Assembly (NCBI GenBank): GCA_963703955.1
Contig: CAVPGK010000011.1
Location: 128,001 to 192,000, forward strand
Length of the DNA: 64,000 bases
Reading direction: 5' to 3'
DNA from: Nitrospirota bacterium
GTDB lineage: Bacteria; Nitrospirota; Nitrospiria; Nitrospirales; Nitrospiraceae
This document shows positions 9,871 through 21,044 of this stretch, piece after piece. Both the position numbers and the translations under genes were made by a program. The notes under the pieces are model-generated. The model saw only the letters and a program-made list of their open reading frames with translations, made no database searches and was not told the origin of the DNA. Every line of letters starts with the position of its first letter. The stretch's first letter is position 1.

Positions 9871-12138
9871 CTACGATGGAGATGAACCCTGCTGAGGACG
9901 AATGTTCCGAAGTACGGCCGCCAATCGCTGAGGACGCGGATCGACTCGCAGCGCATCCAGCGCAAGAGGAATCTTAAGAGACCAGTTCGGATAGGCGTCC
10001 ACGGTGCCGGGAAGGTTGACCTGAGCCCGCTCACCGAGCATATCTTCGAGACTCACCAACAGCAGACGGGACGGCGTTCGCGCGACATACGCATGGACAG
10101 CCTCAGCGAGCTCCAGAGACCAGTCGAACGAATCCGACCATGTCTTGCTGTCGCCGGCCAACACCCCTTCAGTCAGCAACGCCTGCAGGATGCGCGCCTT
10201 GTCCCTTCGCCGTTCATCCAACGCGGCCCGATACGCCCCCTCCTCGGCATACAGACCGAGCTTCTGCCGGAGTTCGATGTCCTCTGTCGCCCAGTAGCCT
10301 GCCAGGGTCGGCAGGTCATGAGTGGACACCACCGCCAGGGCATCTTGGGGATACTCACGCACCGTTTTCCATTCTCCGTCCTGTTGTCGCTCGAAATAAA
10401 ACACGCGGTACGACAGCACTCGATAAGCAGCCAACTTTTCGCGGACGAAATCCGGCACGGTTCCCAGATCCTCTCCCACGATGACGGTGCGATGCCGGAC
10501 ACTTTCAAGCGCCAGGATACCCAGAAGGTCCTCCCACGGGTACCGCACGTAGGCGCCGGCCGACGCCGGCATCCCGCGAGGCACCCAGAACAGACGAAAT
10601 AGCGCCAAGACATGATCGATTCTCAGCGCGCCACCGTTGGTTAAATTGTTTCGCAGTAGGTGGATAAACATCCGGTACCCATCGTGGCGGAGGCGGTGTG
10701 GAATCACCGGGGGCAGCCCCCAGTTTTGCCCTTCGAGCGCGAAGTCGTCTGGAGGCGCGCCGCATTCGGCGCTCAGCGCCAGCACATCTTGAAACATCCA
10801 AGCATCACTGCCCGTGCGATCACTGCCGAGAGCTAGGTCATGATAGAGCCCGAGGGGCATCTCGAGTTCTTCGGCCCGCCGGGATACGGCCTGGAGCTGC
10901 TCCGACGCCACCCATTGCACATACTGATGAAATCGGATGAGCGGCCGATGGGCAGTTCGATAGGCTCCAACGGCCGGCGAACGGGCATCGCGATATTGCT
11001 CAGGCCATTCCTGCCAGACCCGGTGACCCGTTCCTTCCTGAGACAGCGTTTCGGATAGCGCCTGAAACACGGCAAACGTTTCCAGTAGGTCTCCCTGCTG
11101 CCGTACATAATGTTCGAAGGCGCGGCCCCGTGATGTGCGAGGCTCTAGTGTGTCGCCCTGCACCCCGCAGTGTCGCTCCTGAAAAGTCCCAAAGAGCGTC
11201 TTGAGGACCTTGCGCTTCACGGCGCACACCTGTTCATAGTTCACGGTTTCCTGCTCCCGCAATACCTCCAGCCTAGAACGAAATGGCTCGTCTTCCAGGA
11301 GTTGCTGAGCCTCGGGGCATTCGGACCATTCCGGAATCCGCTCTATAGCGAGGTAGAGCATGTTGAGCCACAACCGGCTGTCCGGAGAGTAGGGGCTGAT
11401 ATGGAAGGGCCGTGAATTTTTCAACGCATGGAGAGGATTGATTCCGATCATCCCGGCTCCGAGGTCCGTCGCGGCCCACTCTACGCAGTCCGCCAGGTCG
11501 CCGAAATCACCCACCCCCCAATTGGTCGAAGACCGAAGCGAATAGAGCTGCAAGGAGAGGCCCCACGTACGAACGCCCTCATCCAAGCGGGGGGGCATAT
11601 AACATTGTGTGGGGGTCAAGATAAGGCGCAGTCTGCCTTCGACACACCGCGAAGGAGCCGACCCGGTTGCGGTCAGATCGTAATAGCCAATCTCCAAACC
11701 TGTCGGGAGCGGAAGTTCGAACCGAACATAACGTTCGTTGTTGATGACATGTGTTTCCACTGGAATGAGGTTCAGCCCGGCTTCTTCCGTAACCCGACAG
11801 CCACCATTCTCATCCTGGATTGTCCACTCGATCCGTAGGGCCTGATCCTCGTCGGCCTTAGCCGGCATGCGGAATGACCACGTCTTAGCCCGCTCTTCTT
11901 CCATCCGGCAGACCAAGACAGGATCGCAGGGAGTCCGCCAGACCGCATCCTGAGACTCCGCCAACTCGCGAGCAACATCCTCCTCGGTCTCAACCTTTAC
12001 GCCCATAGCCCCAAGAATCGCGCGCTTGGTGTCCGCGCTGGTCACATGGCGTTGCCCAAAAATGTCGTGATAGTCGGAGACAATGCCGAAACGGTCTGAC
12101 AACTCGTCAAGCCTTGCCTGTGCGGGCGGCGAGGACAT
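9871..12138 (-). CDS. malQ: 4-alpha-glucanotransferase (amylomaltase)
   Basis: QLYSLRS, SPYSP, DLALG, GAPPD, QNWG, RIDH, GEDLG, STHD. Confidence 0.95.
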   Translation of the reverse strand: MSSPPAQARLDELSDRFGIVSDYHDIFGQRHVTSADTKRAILGAMGVKVETEEDVARELAESQDAVWRTPCDPVLVCRMEEERAKTWSFRMPAKADEDQALRIEWTIQDENGGCRVTEEAGLNLIPVETHVINNERYVRFELPLPTGLEIGYYDLTATGSAPSRCVEGRLRLILTPTQCYMPPRLDEGVRTWGLSLQLYSLRSSTNWGVGDFGDLADCVEWAATDLGAGMIGINPLHALKNSRPFHISPYSPDSRLWLNMLYLAIERIPEWSECPEAQQLLEDEPFRSRLEVLREQETVNYEQVCAVKRKVLKTLFGTFQERHCGVQGDTLEPRTSRGRAFEHYVRQQGDLLETFAVFQALSETLSQEGTGHRVWQEWPEQYRDARSPAVGAYRTAHRPLIRFHQYVQWVASEQLQAVSRRAEELEMPLGLYHDLALGSDRTGSDAWMFQDVLALSAECGAPPDDFALEGQNWGLPPVIPHRLRHDGYRMFIHLLRNNLTNGGALRIDHVLALFRLFWVPRGMPASAGAYVRYPWEDLLGILALESVRHRTVIVGEDLGTVPDFVREKLAAYRVLSYRVFYFERQQDGEWKTVREYPQDALAVVSTHDLPTLAGYWATEDIELRQKLGLYAEEGAYRAALDERRRDKARILQALLTEGVLAGDSKTWSDSFDWSLELAEAVHAYVARTPSRLLLVSLEDMLGERAQVNLPGTVDAYPNWSLKIPLALDALRVDPRPQRLAAVLRNIRPQQGSSPS

Positions 12139-12306
12139 GAGGTGAGTCTATCCTGGATATCCGCAAATATCCACTGTGGTAGACCCGTTGGCAAAAAACC
12201 ACAAGAAGGCGACCCGGAAGATGGCAGCGCAACGAATGATTGGAGTACAATCGCCCATAGGCAGGTCTGCCAGACAGGTAATCATCACGGGGTGGAGGAG
12301 GTGGCC

Positions 12307-12774
12307 ATGAACAGGCAGGTCACACGGTTCACAATCTTCATATTGGTCGGAGGGGTGGTAACAGCCTCAACCATGGGGTGCGTGGCCAGCGGGACTCATG
12401 AACAGGCGGTGCGGAACGTCGAGTTGCGGCTTCAAAGCGAACAACGGCTCGCTCAGGAGTTGATCACGAGTAACAAGGAATTACGGTTCCGTGTTGCCGA
12501 GCTGGAAGCCACGCTCCGCGGCCTGCGTGAGCAGTTCACGCGGATAGACAAAGACTGGAAAGACGCTCGCGACGAGCTCCTCAAAATCAAGATGGAAAAA
12601 GAGCAGACCACTCTCGGGCGAGAGCGTTTTAGTTACCTGGATCGACCGGATCTCGGACCGGAGAACCGGCTGAAGCCGCAAGAACGAGCAGAGGATGCCG
12701 TGCAACGGGCCAGAGAGTTGCTACGACAACTTCAGATCATTCTCGAACAATTTATCGGACGGGAGCCTCTCTAA
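12307..12774 (+). CDS. hypothetical coiled-coil lipoprotein
   Basis: GGAGGAGG RBS, lipobox TMGC, heptad pattern. Confidence 0.7.
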   Translation: MNRQVTRFTIFILVGGVVTASTMGCVASGTHEQAVRNVELRLQSEQRLAQELITSNKELRFRVAELEATLRGLREQFTRIDKDWKDARDELLKIKMEKEQTTLGRERFSYLDRPDLGPENRLKPQERAEDAVQRARELLRQLQIILEQFIGREPL

Positions 12775-12816
12775 CTAGAAGATCTCCCCGCGTAGAGGCT
12801 CCCTAGACTGCTGCCG

Positions 12817-13656
12817 TCACTGGCTGGCGGCCGATATCGGTGGAAGGTTGATCCCAATCTTTTCCATTCCCATGATGATGGTCAAAGCCGACGGAGCGTG
12901 TTTGACGATTTCTAGCTGGACTTCCACCCGCCTGAGATCGACAAACTCGGGTGCGGTCAATCCCAGGTGCTCCCGATACGCCCGATCGGCAATACCCCGC
13001 TGCTTTTCAGCCTTCTCTCTGGCTTCCTCGGCTTTTTGAGCCTCGACCATTGTGAGTTTCCGCTGCTCCTGAATAATCGTCTGGGCGGTCTGCTCCAGTA
13101 CGCCCTTCGGCGGTAAAATGCTGCCGATGACGACCCGATTGACTTTGACAGGGATAGCCTGTTTTTCAATGACCTTGGTCTTCACCTCCTGCTCGACAGT
13201 CTCCTGAAGTTTGGCCCGCGTAGCCGGCCTGGTGGTCAGTTCAAACAGCGGGTACTTCTGCACCTCTTCCCTGACGAACGTCCGGAAGGCTTCCTTGACG
13301 TTATTCATATACCAGTTGGGACCAAACTTGCTGACCAGTTCCGGCGTTCGCCCTTCGATGGCATTGGCGATCATAAAGGCATCGAACGAAACCGGCGCGT
13401 TTTCCGCCGAAATGATATCGAAATGCTCGGAGTGCTGAATCGGACGGACGTCCACATCGATCACCTCGGTTGTGAATGATACGAAGGCACGTCCGGTCTT
13501 GGCTGGCTCCGGGTCCACGCCGCCATGGCCGAATATAAGCGGTTTAGCCACCAGCACCCCTTCGTGGCCGGCATCGATCCCCGGCAGGATACAGCCTGTC
13601 GTCAGAAGTCCGAGCGCTCCCACGATTACTGAAAATCCCCGTCTTGCGCGTATCAT
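12817..13656 (-). CDS. SPFH (band 7/prohibitin) domain lipoprotein
   Basis: TTGC lipobox, DAGHEGVLV, C-terminal AE-rich coiled coil. Confidence 0.8.
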   Translation of the reverse strand: MIRARRGFSVIVGALGLLTTGCILPGIDAGHEGVLVAKPLIFGHGGVDPEPAKTGRAFVSFTTEVIDVDVRPIQHSEHFDIISAENAPVSFDAFMIANAIEGRTPELVSKFGPNWYMNNVKEAFRTFVREEVQKYPLFELTTRPATRAKLQETVEQEVKTKVIEKQAIPVKVNRVVIGSILPPKGVLEQTAQTIIQEQRKLTMVEAQKAEEAREKAEKQRGIADRAYREHLGLTAPEFVDLRRVEVQLEIVKHAPSALTIIMGMEKIGINLPPISAASQ

Positions 13657-13909
13657 GTGTACCTCCAGGTTTAACTGGCCCGCCTCAGGGGCCCATTGAG
13701 CCGATGGCCATCCTTCTCAGATATTCTACGGATCGAGTAATAGCGTAGATCTTGATTCAGCTTATGAGGAACTGCGCAGGGGTGTCAAATCTGCGATCTC
13801 TCAGAGGAGAATCAGACACTTAGAACACCTCTGGGCGGGGGCAAATGGGTCGAAGCGAGTGAGGGATGCGATGGGGGGAGGTTCGACTGAGTACTCTTTT
13901 CGCGTCGGG

Positions 13910-14314
13910 TCACATGATTCCCGCCTGGCGTTGTAACCACCTGACGTACTGGATGATCTGTTCCACATCGGTAGGAGTCACGCCTTCAATTTTGGGCATA
14001 TCGCCGAACTGCCAATGATGGGCGCGGACGCCGTTCGCAGCCGCGCGCTGAAATGCAAAATCCCCATGATGATTCGGTTCATAGATCTTGTGCACCAGTG
14101 GCGGCCCCTGCGCGGTCCCCGTCGCTTGCTGACCATGACACCGAGCACAATTCGTGTTGAATTTAGCTTCGCCTTGCTGAAATTCCATCGGCGCTTTGGC
14201 GGACTCCTGTTTTGCCACGCCTTCCACGACTGCAATCAACATGACCGCGAACCCGACCAGGCCAATGTTTATCAATCGGAAGCGGGCGCTTCCGACAGAG
14301 GTTCTCGACATCAT
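13910..14314 (-). CDS. monoheme c-type cytochrome
   Basis: Signal peptide, CARCH heme motif, GPPL, distal MP. Confidence 0.9.
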   Translation of the reverse strand: MMSRTSVGSARFRLINIGLVGFAVMLIAVVEGVAKQESAKAPMEFQQGEAKFNTNCARCHGQQATGTAQGPPLVHKIYEPNHHGDFAFQRAAANGVRAHHWQFGDMPKIEGVTPTDVEQIIQYVRWLQRQAGIM

Positions 14315-14484
14315 GTCCTCGATTCGACGTCCTTCGCCTTCTCGCCGTCTTCCTGCTGATGAAACTGCTCGTGGAGCATGTGTTTCACCTGTTTCATCGT
14401 AAGGTACCGGTAGATCCGTGCGGAGATCGGTACCATCACGATCAACGCAATAATCAGGTACATGAAAAATTCTTCCGAGGACAC
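14311..14484 (-). CDS. small single-TM protein (57 aa), absent from the ORF track
   Basis: AGGAG 8 nt before GTG; MSSEEFFMYLIIALIVMVPISARIYR...; stop overlaps cytochrome start (ATGA). Confidence 0.55.
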   Translation of the reverse strand: MSSEEFFMYLIIALIVMVPISARIYRYLTMKQVKHMLHEQFHQQEDGEKAKDVESRT

Positions 14485-14495
14485 TTCATGAACTC

Positions 14496-15173
14496 CTATC
14501 TGCCGACATATGCGATGGGATCTTGAATGCCCGCCGCCTCGAAGCCTTCAAGGCGAATTCGGCAACTATCGCATCGCCCGCAGGCCGCTGTCGTCGGATC
14601 ATAACAACTATGCGTGAGGTGAAATGGCGCGCCCAGGGACGCCCCGAGCTGAATGATCTCGGCTTTCGACAGACGGAGCAACGGCGCTCGAATTTCCACT
14701 CCCTGGCCCATGACTCCGGCGCGAGTACCGAGCCGCGCCATGTGTTCGAAGGCCGCCAGGTATTCCGGCCGGCAATCGGGATACCCGGAGTAGTCCACGA
14801 TATTAGCTCCAATGTAGATACGTGAGGCGCCCTCACTCTCGGCATAGGCCAGAGCCAGCGACAGAAAGACCGTGTTGCGTGCCGGGACATACGTTCCGGG
14901 AATGCCTTCCCGCCGCTGATGATCGGAGCGATCCTTGGGGACCTCCTGGTCCGCCGTGAGCGCAGAACCACCGATGGCCCGCAAGTCCACTTCCAACACG
15001 AGATGTTTGACTGCCCCCAAATCCGCCGCGATCTCACTGGCGCGTCTCACCTCGATTCCATGCCGCTGCCCGTACGCAACGGTCAGCAAATACAGGACAC
15101 ATCCCTCTTGCCTAGCCACGGCTGCGGTGACCGTAGAATCCAATCCCCCACTAGCCAGCACCACCGCCTTCAT
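14496..15173 (-). CDS. queC: 7-cyano-7-deazaguanine synthase
   Basis: SGGLDS, YGQRH, YVPARN, YPDCR, SCY...CGRCDSC. Confidence 0.96.
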   Translation of the reverse strand: MKAVVLASGGLDSTVTAAVARQEGCVLYLLTVAYGQRHGIEVRRASEIAADLGAVKHLVLEVDLRAIGGSALTADQEVPKDRSDHQRREGIPGTYVPARNTVFLSLALAYAESEGASRIYIGANIVDYSGYPDCRPEYLAAFEHMARLGTRAGVMGQGVEIRAPLLRLSKAEIIQLGASLGAPFHLTHSCYDPTTAACGRCDSCRIRLEGFEAAGIQDPIAYVGR

Positions 15174-15260
15174 CTTACTCTCTCAGGTGAGGAGGACGGG
15201 TGGGTTACCATTCTTGGCACACCCTGGCCATCTATCCCCGATCACAGATGAGGGGTGGTG

Positions 15261-15330
15261 GGGCTAGCCAACTGCGGCCGTCGAGTGAGCACAGTCTTAT
15301 CGTACGCGCTCCGGGAGCACTGGCTAGCCC
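15261..15330. repeat. intergenic palindromic (REP/MITE-like) element
   Basis: Perfect 10-bp inverted repeat GGGCTAGCCA/TGGCTAGCCC around a 50-nt interior. Confidence 0.45.
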
Positions 15331-15342
15331 TTCCGCTCCTCA

Positions 15343-15900
15343 TCAATCCCTTTCCTCACCTTTCTCAATCTTCTCAATCAATTCTTGCTGGGATTGGCAC
15401 TCCACGCAAAGTTTCGCGAACGGCACCGCCTCCAAGCGTCGTTCGCTGATTTCGGCCCCGCACTCCGCGCAGACACCATAACTGCCTTCTGCCACGCGCG
15501 TGAGCGCTTCGTCGATGAGCTGTCGCTTTCGGTTCTGCATCTCCAGCAAGGAAATCCCCAACTCCCGTTCTAGATCTATCATAGCCTGATCGCCCACATC
15601 CTTCGAGGATTCCGAGCGACGTTGCTCATCATCCGTCACCGACTGTCCCAGGATATCTTTGATCTGAGCAAGAATCTCTTGGCGTTTCTTCGTCAACATC
15701 AAATGCAAGGCCTCGCGGCGCTTGGCTTGAACCGAGTCGCCGCTTTTTCCCCTGCTGTCCGGCCCGGACTTTCTCGAGCCGGCGGCCTCGGTATGCGTTC
15801 CGTCAGCCGTGGTCGCGCTCGATCTGGCTTTCGAAGCGGTTTTTCTGTCCGACGTGGTTTGTTTCTTGACCTTGTCCGTCATGTCTCTGATTCGCTCCAT
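15343..15900 (-). CDS. TraR/DksA C4-type zinc finger protein
   Basis: DVGDQA coiled-coil tip; YGVCAECG..I...RLEAVP..LCVEC. Confidence 0.9.
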   Translation of the reverse strand: MERIRDMTDKVKKQTTSDRKTASKARSSATTADGTHTEAAGSRKSGPDSRGKSGDSVQAKRREALHLMLTKKRQEILAQIKDILGQSVTDDEQRRSESSKDVGDQAMIDLERELGISLLEMQNRKRQLIDEALTRVAEGSYGVCAECGAEISERRLEAVPFAKLCVECQSQQELIEKIEKGEERD

Positions 15901-16031
15901 CTGCTGATAAACATGATAAGAAAGTCGCGTATTCTAAACACGGAGGATCCCTTTTGACAAGGGTTCTGGAAACCTTTGGACCGTACCCCCGAGGTCAGGT
16001 GACGAGCGATTGACAGGAGAGTGCGGAGGGG

Positions 16032-16547
16032 CTAGGAATACGTAACGAGGGAGTGAATGTCGCAGCCATTGAGTTTCTCCCGCCCCTTTAGAGCGGCGAG
16101 CTCAACGAGAAAGACGAGTCCCACCATCTGGCCTCCGAGTTGGCGGACCAGCTTGACCGTCGCCGCAGCGGTTCCACCGGTGGCCAGAAGGTCATCGACG
16201 ATCAAGACCTGTTCTCCCTCTTCAATCGCGTCACGGTGGATCGTAAGCGAGTTTGAGCCATATTCCAAGTTGTACTGAACCTCAAAGGTATGGGCCGGAA
16301 GCTTGCCGGGCTTGCGAACCGGAATGAATCCTGCCCCGAGACGGTAGGCTAACGGCGCACCAAAAATAAACCCGCGCGACTCGATCCCGATGACCTTGGC
16401 GATACGTTTCTCCCGGTACCGGAAGGTCAGCTCGTCCACGATTGACCGAAATGCAGGAGCGTCTTTCAATAGGGTCGTAATGTCATAAAAGAGGATACCG
16501 GGCTTGGGAAAGTCAGGAACCTCACGAATCAGCGATTTGTAATCCAT
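16032..16547 (-). CDS. apt: adenine phosphoribosyltransferase
   Basis: [36 protein letters not shown]. Confidence 0.97.
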   Translation of the reverse strand: MDYKSLIREVPDFPKPGILFYDITTLLKDAPAFRSIVDELTFRYREKRIAKVIGIESRGFIFGAPLAYRLGAGFIPVRKPGKLPAHTFEVQYNLEYGSNSLTIHRDAIEEGEQVLIVDDLLATGGTAAATVKLVRQLGGQMVGLVFLVELAALKGREKLNGCDIHSLVTYS

Positions 16548-16570
16548 CCACCATCTCTCGGTGATGCTGG

Positions 16571-17548
16571 TTACAACAAGTCGTCCTGTTTCATCGTCTT
16601 TTTCTCTATGGTCGCGCGCAGCTTCACCAGGGCGGCCGTCTCGATCTGCCGGACGCGTTCACGCGTCAATCCCAAGGTTTGACCGATCTCTTCCAGCGTG
16701 TGCGCCTCGCCGCCGTCCAACCCAAACCGGAGCACAATCACGGTCTTCTCTTTTTCCGGCAATTCATGAATCCATTCCATCAGATTTTCGCGCCGCCGCA
16801 CGCCTTCCGCCGTCATCGCGGGAGAGACGCCTACTGGATCTTCGATGACGTCTCGCAAAAAGGTTCCGGTCCGCTCGCTGATCGGACTATCCAACGAATA
16901 GGTTGTCCGGATCAATTGCTTGAGATCGGTCACCTCCCGTTCCGAGAGCTTTAGACGCTCTGCAATTTCATGGACCTTCGGTTCTCGTCCAAGTTCCTGG
17001 ACCAGTTGCTCGAGTTCTGAGAGGTATTTGTTTAGGCGTTCCACTACATGGACGGGCAACCGGATAATCTTCGCTTGATTGATGATCGCCCGCTCGATGA
17101 ATTGCCGGATCCACCAGGAGGCATAGGTGCTGAACCGGAACCCTCGCTGGTAGTTGAATTTCTCGACTGCCTTGATTAGCCCGATATTCCCTTCCTCCAC
17201 AATATCCGAAAACGGGAGCCCCCGATTCATATAGCGCTTGCCGATACTGACGACGAGTCTCAGATTGGATTCGATCATTTGCTCGCGTGCGCGGAAGTCG
17301 CCCTCGGCAATCCGCTTGCCGAGCTCCTGCTCTTGCTCGAAGTTCAGGAGAGTCGATTTGCGGATATCTTTGAGGTAACTCTTGACGGCATCCAGGCCTT
17401 CATAGCGAGTGTCTTTGGAGTCCCGGCTTTCTCGATGGGGCGAATCGAACTCCGAGGACTCGCCGAGGGAAACCTCGTCTTCGTCTTTCTCGTCCTCTTC
17501 CGCGCCAGTGCCGATCGATTCGTTCAGATCATCGTCATCGCGAGCCAT
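16571..17548 (-). CDS. RNA polymerase sigma-70 factor, RpoS/SigA-like without region 1.1
   Basis: [42 protein letters not shown]. Confidence 0.93.
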   Translation of the reverse strand: MARDDDDLNESIGTGAEEDEKDEDEVSLGESSEFDSPHRESRDSKDTRYEGLDAVKSYLKDIRKSTLLNFEQEQELGKRIAEGDFRAREQMIESNLRLVVSIGKRYMNRGLPFSDIVEEGNIGLIKAVEKFNYQRGFRFSTYASWWIRQFIERAIINQAKIIRLPVHVVERLNKYLSELEQLVQELGREPKVHEIAERLKLSEREVTDLKQLIRTTYSLDSPISERTGTFLRDVIEDPVGVSPAMTAEGVRRRENLMEWIHELPEKEKTVIVLRFGLDGGEAHTLEEIGQTLGLTRERVRQIETAALVKLRATIEKKTMKQDDLL

Positions 17549-17572
17549 GACTACTCCTGAATAGGGAATTGA

Positions 17573-17863
17573 TCAGTCAAACCAGATGTGAAACCCTGAG
17601 TCCCGACCCGTAGCGGTTACCCATCGGACCTCGAGATTGTCGACTCGAGCCAAGGGAGGACCGGTTCGAAGCGACAGGATAAGCCCTTCGATCGCTCGCT
17701 TTTCCCCTTCCACCTCGACCTCCACTCTCCCATCGGAAAGATTTCGCACGCCGCCGCTCAATCCATACTGTGACGCTCTCTTCTGTGTAAATGCACGGTA
17801 CGCCACTCCCTGCACACGACCGCTGACCCGAATGCACGCCCTTGCGGGAAGGTCATGCGCCAT
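17573..17863 (-). CDS. acyP: acylphosphatase
   Basis: VSGRVQGVAYR, VRNLSDGRVE, GPPLARV. Confidence 0.9.
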   Translation of the reverse strand: MAHDLPARACIRVSGRVQGVAYRAFTQKRASQYGLSGGVRNLSDGRVEVEVEGEKRAIEGLILSLRTGPPLARVDNLEVRWVTATGRDSGFHIWFD

Positions 17864-18161
17864 CAGCACCTCATCATGCGGGGCTCCAGGGGACAAGGCG
17901 AATGTGACTATACGGAAAGAACGAATAGGAGCTCGAAGGTACAGACATTGAGAGAAGCTTCGAACCTCCTACCACCATTGAAATCAGCCACAGGTGAGAA
18001 GTGACTGGCACGATCAACTCAGTTCGCCGGATGCTGCTCGAGGTCCTGTTCAGACGAATAATTAGGAGTCCGCCATTACTAGCTAAAATCAAGTAAAGAC
18101 GCTTGAGGTTTTTATCCGAGCGCCTCAAATTCATGGGCGCTCGGTACTCGCTAGCGTGGTC

Positions 18162-18238
<77 letters not shown>

Positions 18239-18251
18239 ATCGTCTGTCTTC

Positions 18252-19358
18252 TCATGGGTCCAGCGGTTCATACCGCAGACCATGTGCCTCGGCGACGGCC
18301 TTGCATGTAACACGTCCGTTGCTCACATTTACGCCCTTCGCGAGGCCGGGGTCGGAATGGATTGCCTGCTGCACACCAGCCGAGGCTAATCGGACTATAA
18401 ATGGAAGCGTGGCGTTGGTCAAGGCAAAAGTCGAAGTGCGTGGGACGATCCCCGGCATGTTGGCGACGCCATAATGTAGCACGCCGTTCACCTGATAGAC
18501 CGGATCAGAATGACTGGTGGGGCGGGTTGTTTCCAAACATCCGCCCTGATCGACAGACACGTCCACGACGACCGATCCCGGCCGCATGCGGGAGACGACT
18601 TCGCGAGACACCAAACGCGGCGCCCGAGCTCCGCGTGCCAGCACCGCCCCGATCACCAGATCGGCGTCTTCCACTTTCCGATCTATCCACGCTTGATTTG
18701 GCGCTTGCGTGATAATGCGGCCCCCGTACAGATCGTCCAAACGGCGAAGGCGCTCGAGATCCAGGTTGAAGACGGTCACCTGGGCGCCCATGCCGACTGC
18801 AACCTTTGCAGCCGCGCTCCCCACGACCCCCGCGCCAAGGATGACGACGTTTGCCGGCGCGACACCGGGGACTCCGGCCAGCAGCACGCCACGTCCTCCC
18901 TGAGGCGATTCGAGGTACCGCGCGCCGATCTGTATCGACATACGCCCGGCGATTTCGCTCATCGGCCAAAGCATCGGCAGACTGCGATCGTCCGACTCCG
19001 TCGTCTCATACGCGATCGCGGTGATCTGTGCATCGATCAGCGCGCGCGTGAGTTCGTCCGACGACGCCAAATGGAGGTAGGTAAAGAGGGTTTGCCTCGG
19101 GCGAAACAGGCGACACTCCGACATCTGCGGTTCCTTGACTTTGACGATCATTTCGGCTTCCTCAAAGATCTGCGCATGTGATTCCGCGATGTGCGCGCCG
19201 GCCTTACGATAGTCCTCGTTGGAGAACCCGCTCCGCTCTCCCGCCGCAGACTCAAGCCACACGGTGTGGCCGGTGCCGCACAACGTCCGCACGCCATCCG
19301 GCGTCATGCTCACGCGATATTCGTGGTCCTTCATTTCTTTGGGCACGCCGATGATCAT
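18252..19358 (-). CDS. ald: alanine dehydrogenase
   Basis: IGVPKE, VKVKEP, FTYLHLA, MSEIAG, DQGGC, VANMPG. Confidence 0.96.
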   Translation of the reverse strand: MIIGVPKEMKDHEYRVSMTPDGVRTLCGTGHTVWLESAAGERSGFSNEDYRKAGAHIAESHAQIFEEAEMIVKVKEPQMSECRLFRPRQTLFTYLHLASSDELTRALIDAQITAIAYETTESDDRSLPMLWPMSEIAGRMSIQIGARYLESPQGGRGVLLAGVPGVAPANVVILGAGVVGSAAAKVAVGMGAQVTVFNLDLERLRRLDDLYGGRIITQAPNQAWIDRKVEDADLVIGAVLARGARAPRLVSREVVSRMRPGSVVVDVSVDQGGCLETTRPTSHSDPVYQVNGVLHYGVANMPGIVPRTSTFALTNATLPFIVRLASAGVQQAIHSDPGLAKGVNVSNGRVTCKAVAEAHGLRYEPLDP

Positions 19359-19525
19359 GACGCAGCCTCTTTCTGGATTGGTTGCCTCTTCGCATTATAC
19401 CCACTTTTGCTGCGGCGTGCTGCGTGTCACCATCCGCCGTTCCACCGCCCATCACAGGCGCGACGCCGCCCAAGCTGGACAGTCCGCAAATCAATGGTGT
19501 AAGATCGGAAATCTGAACCGAGGAC

Positions 19526-19960
19526 ATGACGATGACGTCAGCCGATGTCGAACCGGCGTTTTCTGCAGGCCACTGCGACGGCTGCGGAACAGGGCGAGGG
19601 CCGCTGATGAAGTTGTCGATGGGAAGAGATTTTTTCGGTCGATCCTACGACCGTCTCTCCCCTTCCTCCGATCAGAGTCCCAAGTGGTATTGTGAACATT
19701 GCTCTTTGCACAAGAACCTTCAACGCGACTTCCGGGACATCAGGGCTGAATTGGACAAGCTTGGCGGGGGGCAAGCTTCCGAACTTTCCAACCCCGATCA
19801 GCTCCAACGCGCACAGATCCGTCTTCGAGAGATCACGACGCTCTTATCCGCTCATGCGGGAGGTTCACGCCTGATCGAGTTGGCCGATGTGAGCGCGCTG
19901 ATCCATCGCATGCAGACCCTGTCGAGTTCGCCGTCGGCCGCCGGATCACCACCATTTTGA
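19526..19960 (+). CDS. hypothetical protein with CxxC...CxxC motif
   Basis: CDGC and CEHC; GAGGA RBS. Confidence 0.7.
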   Translation: MTMTSADVEPAFSAGHCDGCGTGRGPLMKLSMGRDFFGRSYDRLSPSSDQSPKWYCEHCSLHKNLQRDFRDIRAELDKLGGGQASELSNPDQLQRAQIRLREITTLLSAHAGGSRLIELADVSALIHRMQTLSSSPSAAGSPPF

Positions 19961-19967
19961 CCATACC

Positions 19968-20303
19968 GTGTCGACTTTCACCCATCACATCTTTGTGTGC
20001 GTGAACCAACGGCCGAAAGGCGATCCCCGCGGCTGTTGCGCCGATAACGGATCGGAACGCCTCCAAGCGTTCTTCAAGAAGGAAGTGGAGCGGCTAGGAC
20101 TGAAGGGGACCGTGCGGGCAAACAAGGCCGGATGCTTGGACCATTGTGAGTATGGCCCCAGCGTGGTGATCTACCCCGAAGGCACCTGGTACTGGGTCGG
20201 ATCCGAAGCGGACGTCACGGAGATCATGGAGCGCCATGTCAAGGCCGGTGAAATCGTCGAGCGACTGTTGATGCCGGGCCACCCACCGGGTCAGAAAGCC
20301 TGA
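19968..20303 (+). CDS. thioredoxin-like [2Fe-2S] ferredoxin
   Basis: HIFVC...C...GCLDHC..GP.VVIYPEG.WY. Confidence 0.92.
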   Translation: MSTFTHHIFVCVNQRPKGDPRGCCADNGSERLQAFFKKEVERLGLKGTVRANKAGCLDHCEYGPSVVIYPEGTWYWVGSEADVTEIMERHVKAGEIVERLLMPGHPPGQKA

Positions 20304-20333
20304 TCCCTCACACTCGCGAATCTAGAGGACAGC

Positions 20334-20747
20334 ATGCCGGTCGAAGAAAAATGGAAGGCTAACCAGGCGAAGGTAGCCTTCATGAAACAATTTCCCGGGT
20401 TGACGCTGGTGTGGGAGCGGCTGCATGGCAAGACCATCGAGACCGTGGCTGCACTCCCGTCCAAGCCGGGAGCAGCCGTGTTGGTTTTCTCGGACGGCTC
20501 GTTTACGGTGGCTCCTCCCCTGGCGCCCGAACCATGGGAATTGACGGAGGGATTGATCGTCGCGCGCGGGGTCCTCGAATCCAAGCACCGTGAAGCCTAC
20601 GCGGAGTATGACCGGTTGGTCCGAACGGATAAGGAGGCGTTACGCGCCGCCAGGTTGGAGAAGATACTCGGAGCGATTCAGAACAATCTGGAGCAGATCC
20701 CGGAGTTGAAAGACCGGCTCCGTGAGCTCGTCAAAAATTGGAAGTGA
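20334..20747 (+). CDS. hypothetical protein
   Basis: 137-aa ORF, GAGGA RBS, inside the operon. Confidence 0.75.
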   Translation: MPVEEKWKANQAKVAFMKQFPGLTLVWERLHGKTIETVAALPSKPGAAVLVFSDGSFTVAPPLAPEPWELTEGLIVARGVLESKHREAYAEYDRLVRTDKEALRAARLEKILGAIQNNLEQIPELKDRLRELVKNWK

Positions 20748-20759
20748 GGATCGCCGACT

Positions 20760-21044
20760 GTGAACATGTTGGAGATGTTTTCCCAAGCGCTGTTTGAGGG
20801 AGTCAAACCCATGATGGTGTCACGAGATCACCTGGTTCGCCATCCCGATCGCTGCACCCACAATGCCGTGTGCATCCCCGTCTGTCCGACCGGCGCATGG
20901 CTCTCCACGCCCCCGTTCAAATTTGATTCATCCCGCTGCCTCGAGACGTGCCGACTCTGCCTCGATGCCTGTCCCGCCCAAGCCATCTATGCCGTCTTCC
21001 GCAAGGGCGACAAGCTGCTTGAGCCGCAAACAAAAACAATCTAG
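20760..21044 (+). CDS. 4Fe-4S dicluster ferredoxin
   Basis: CTHNAVCIPVCP and CLETCRLCLDACP. Confidence 0.85.
   Translation: MNMLEMFSQALFEGVKPMMVSRDHLVRHPDRCTHNAVCIPVCPTGAWLSTPPFKFDSSRCLETCRLCLDACPAQAIYAVFRKGDKLLEPQTKTI

Noticed and set aside
15174..15260. preQ1 riboswitch upstream of queC
   Set aside because: No preQ1 stem-loop with A-rich tail
17874..18134. ORF or island remnant after tRNA-Pro
   Set aside because: No duplicated tRNA-Pro 3' end or integrase; the translation has no convincing family motif
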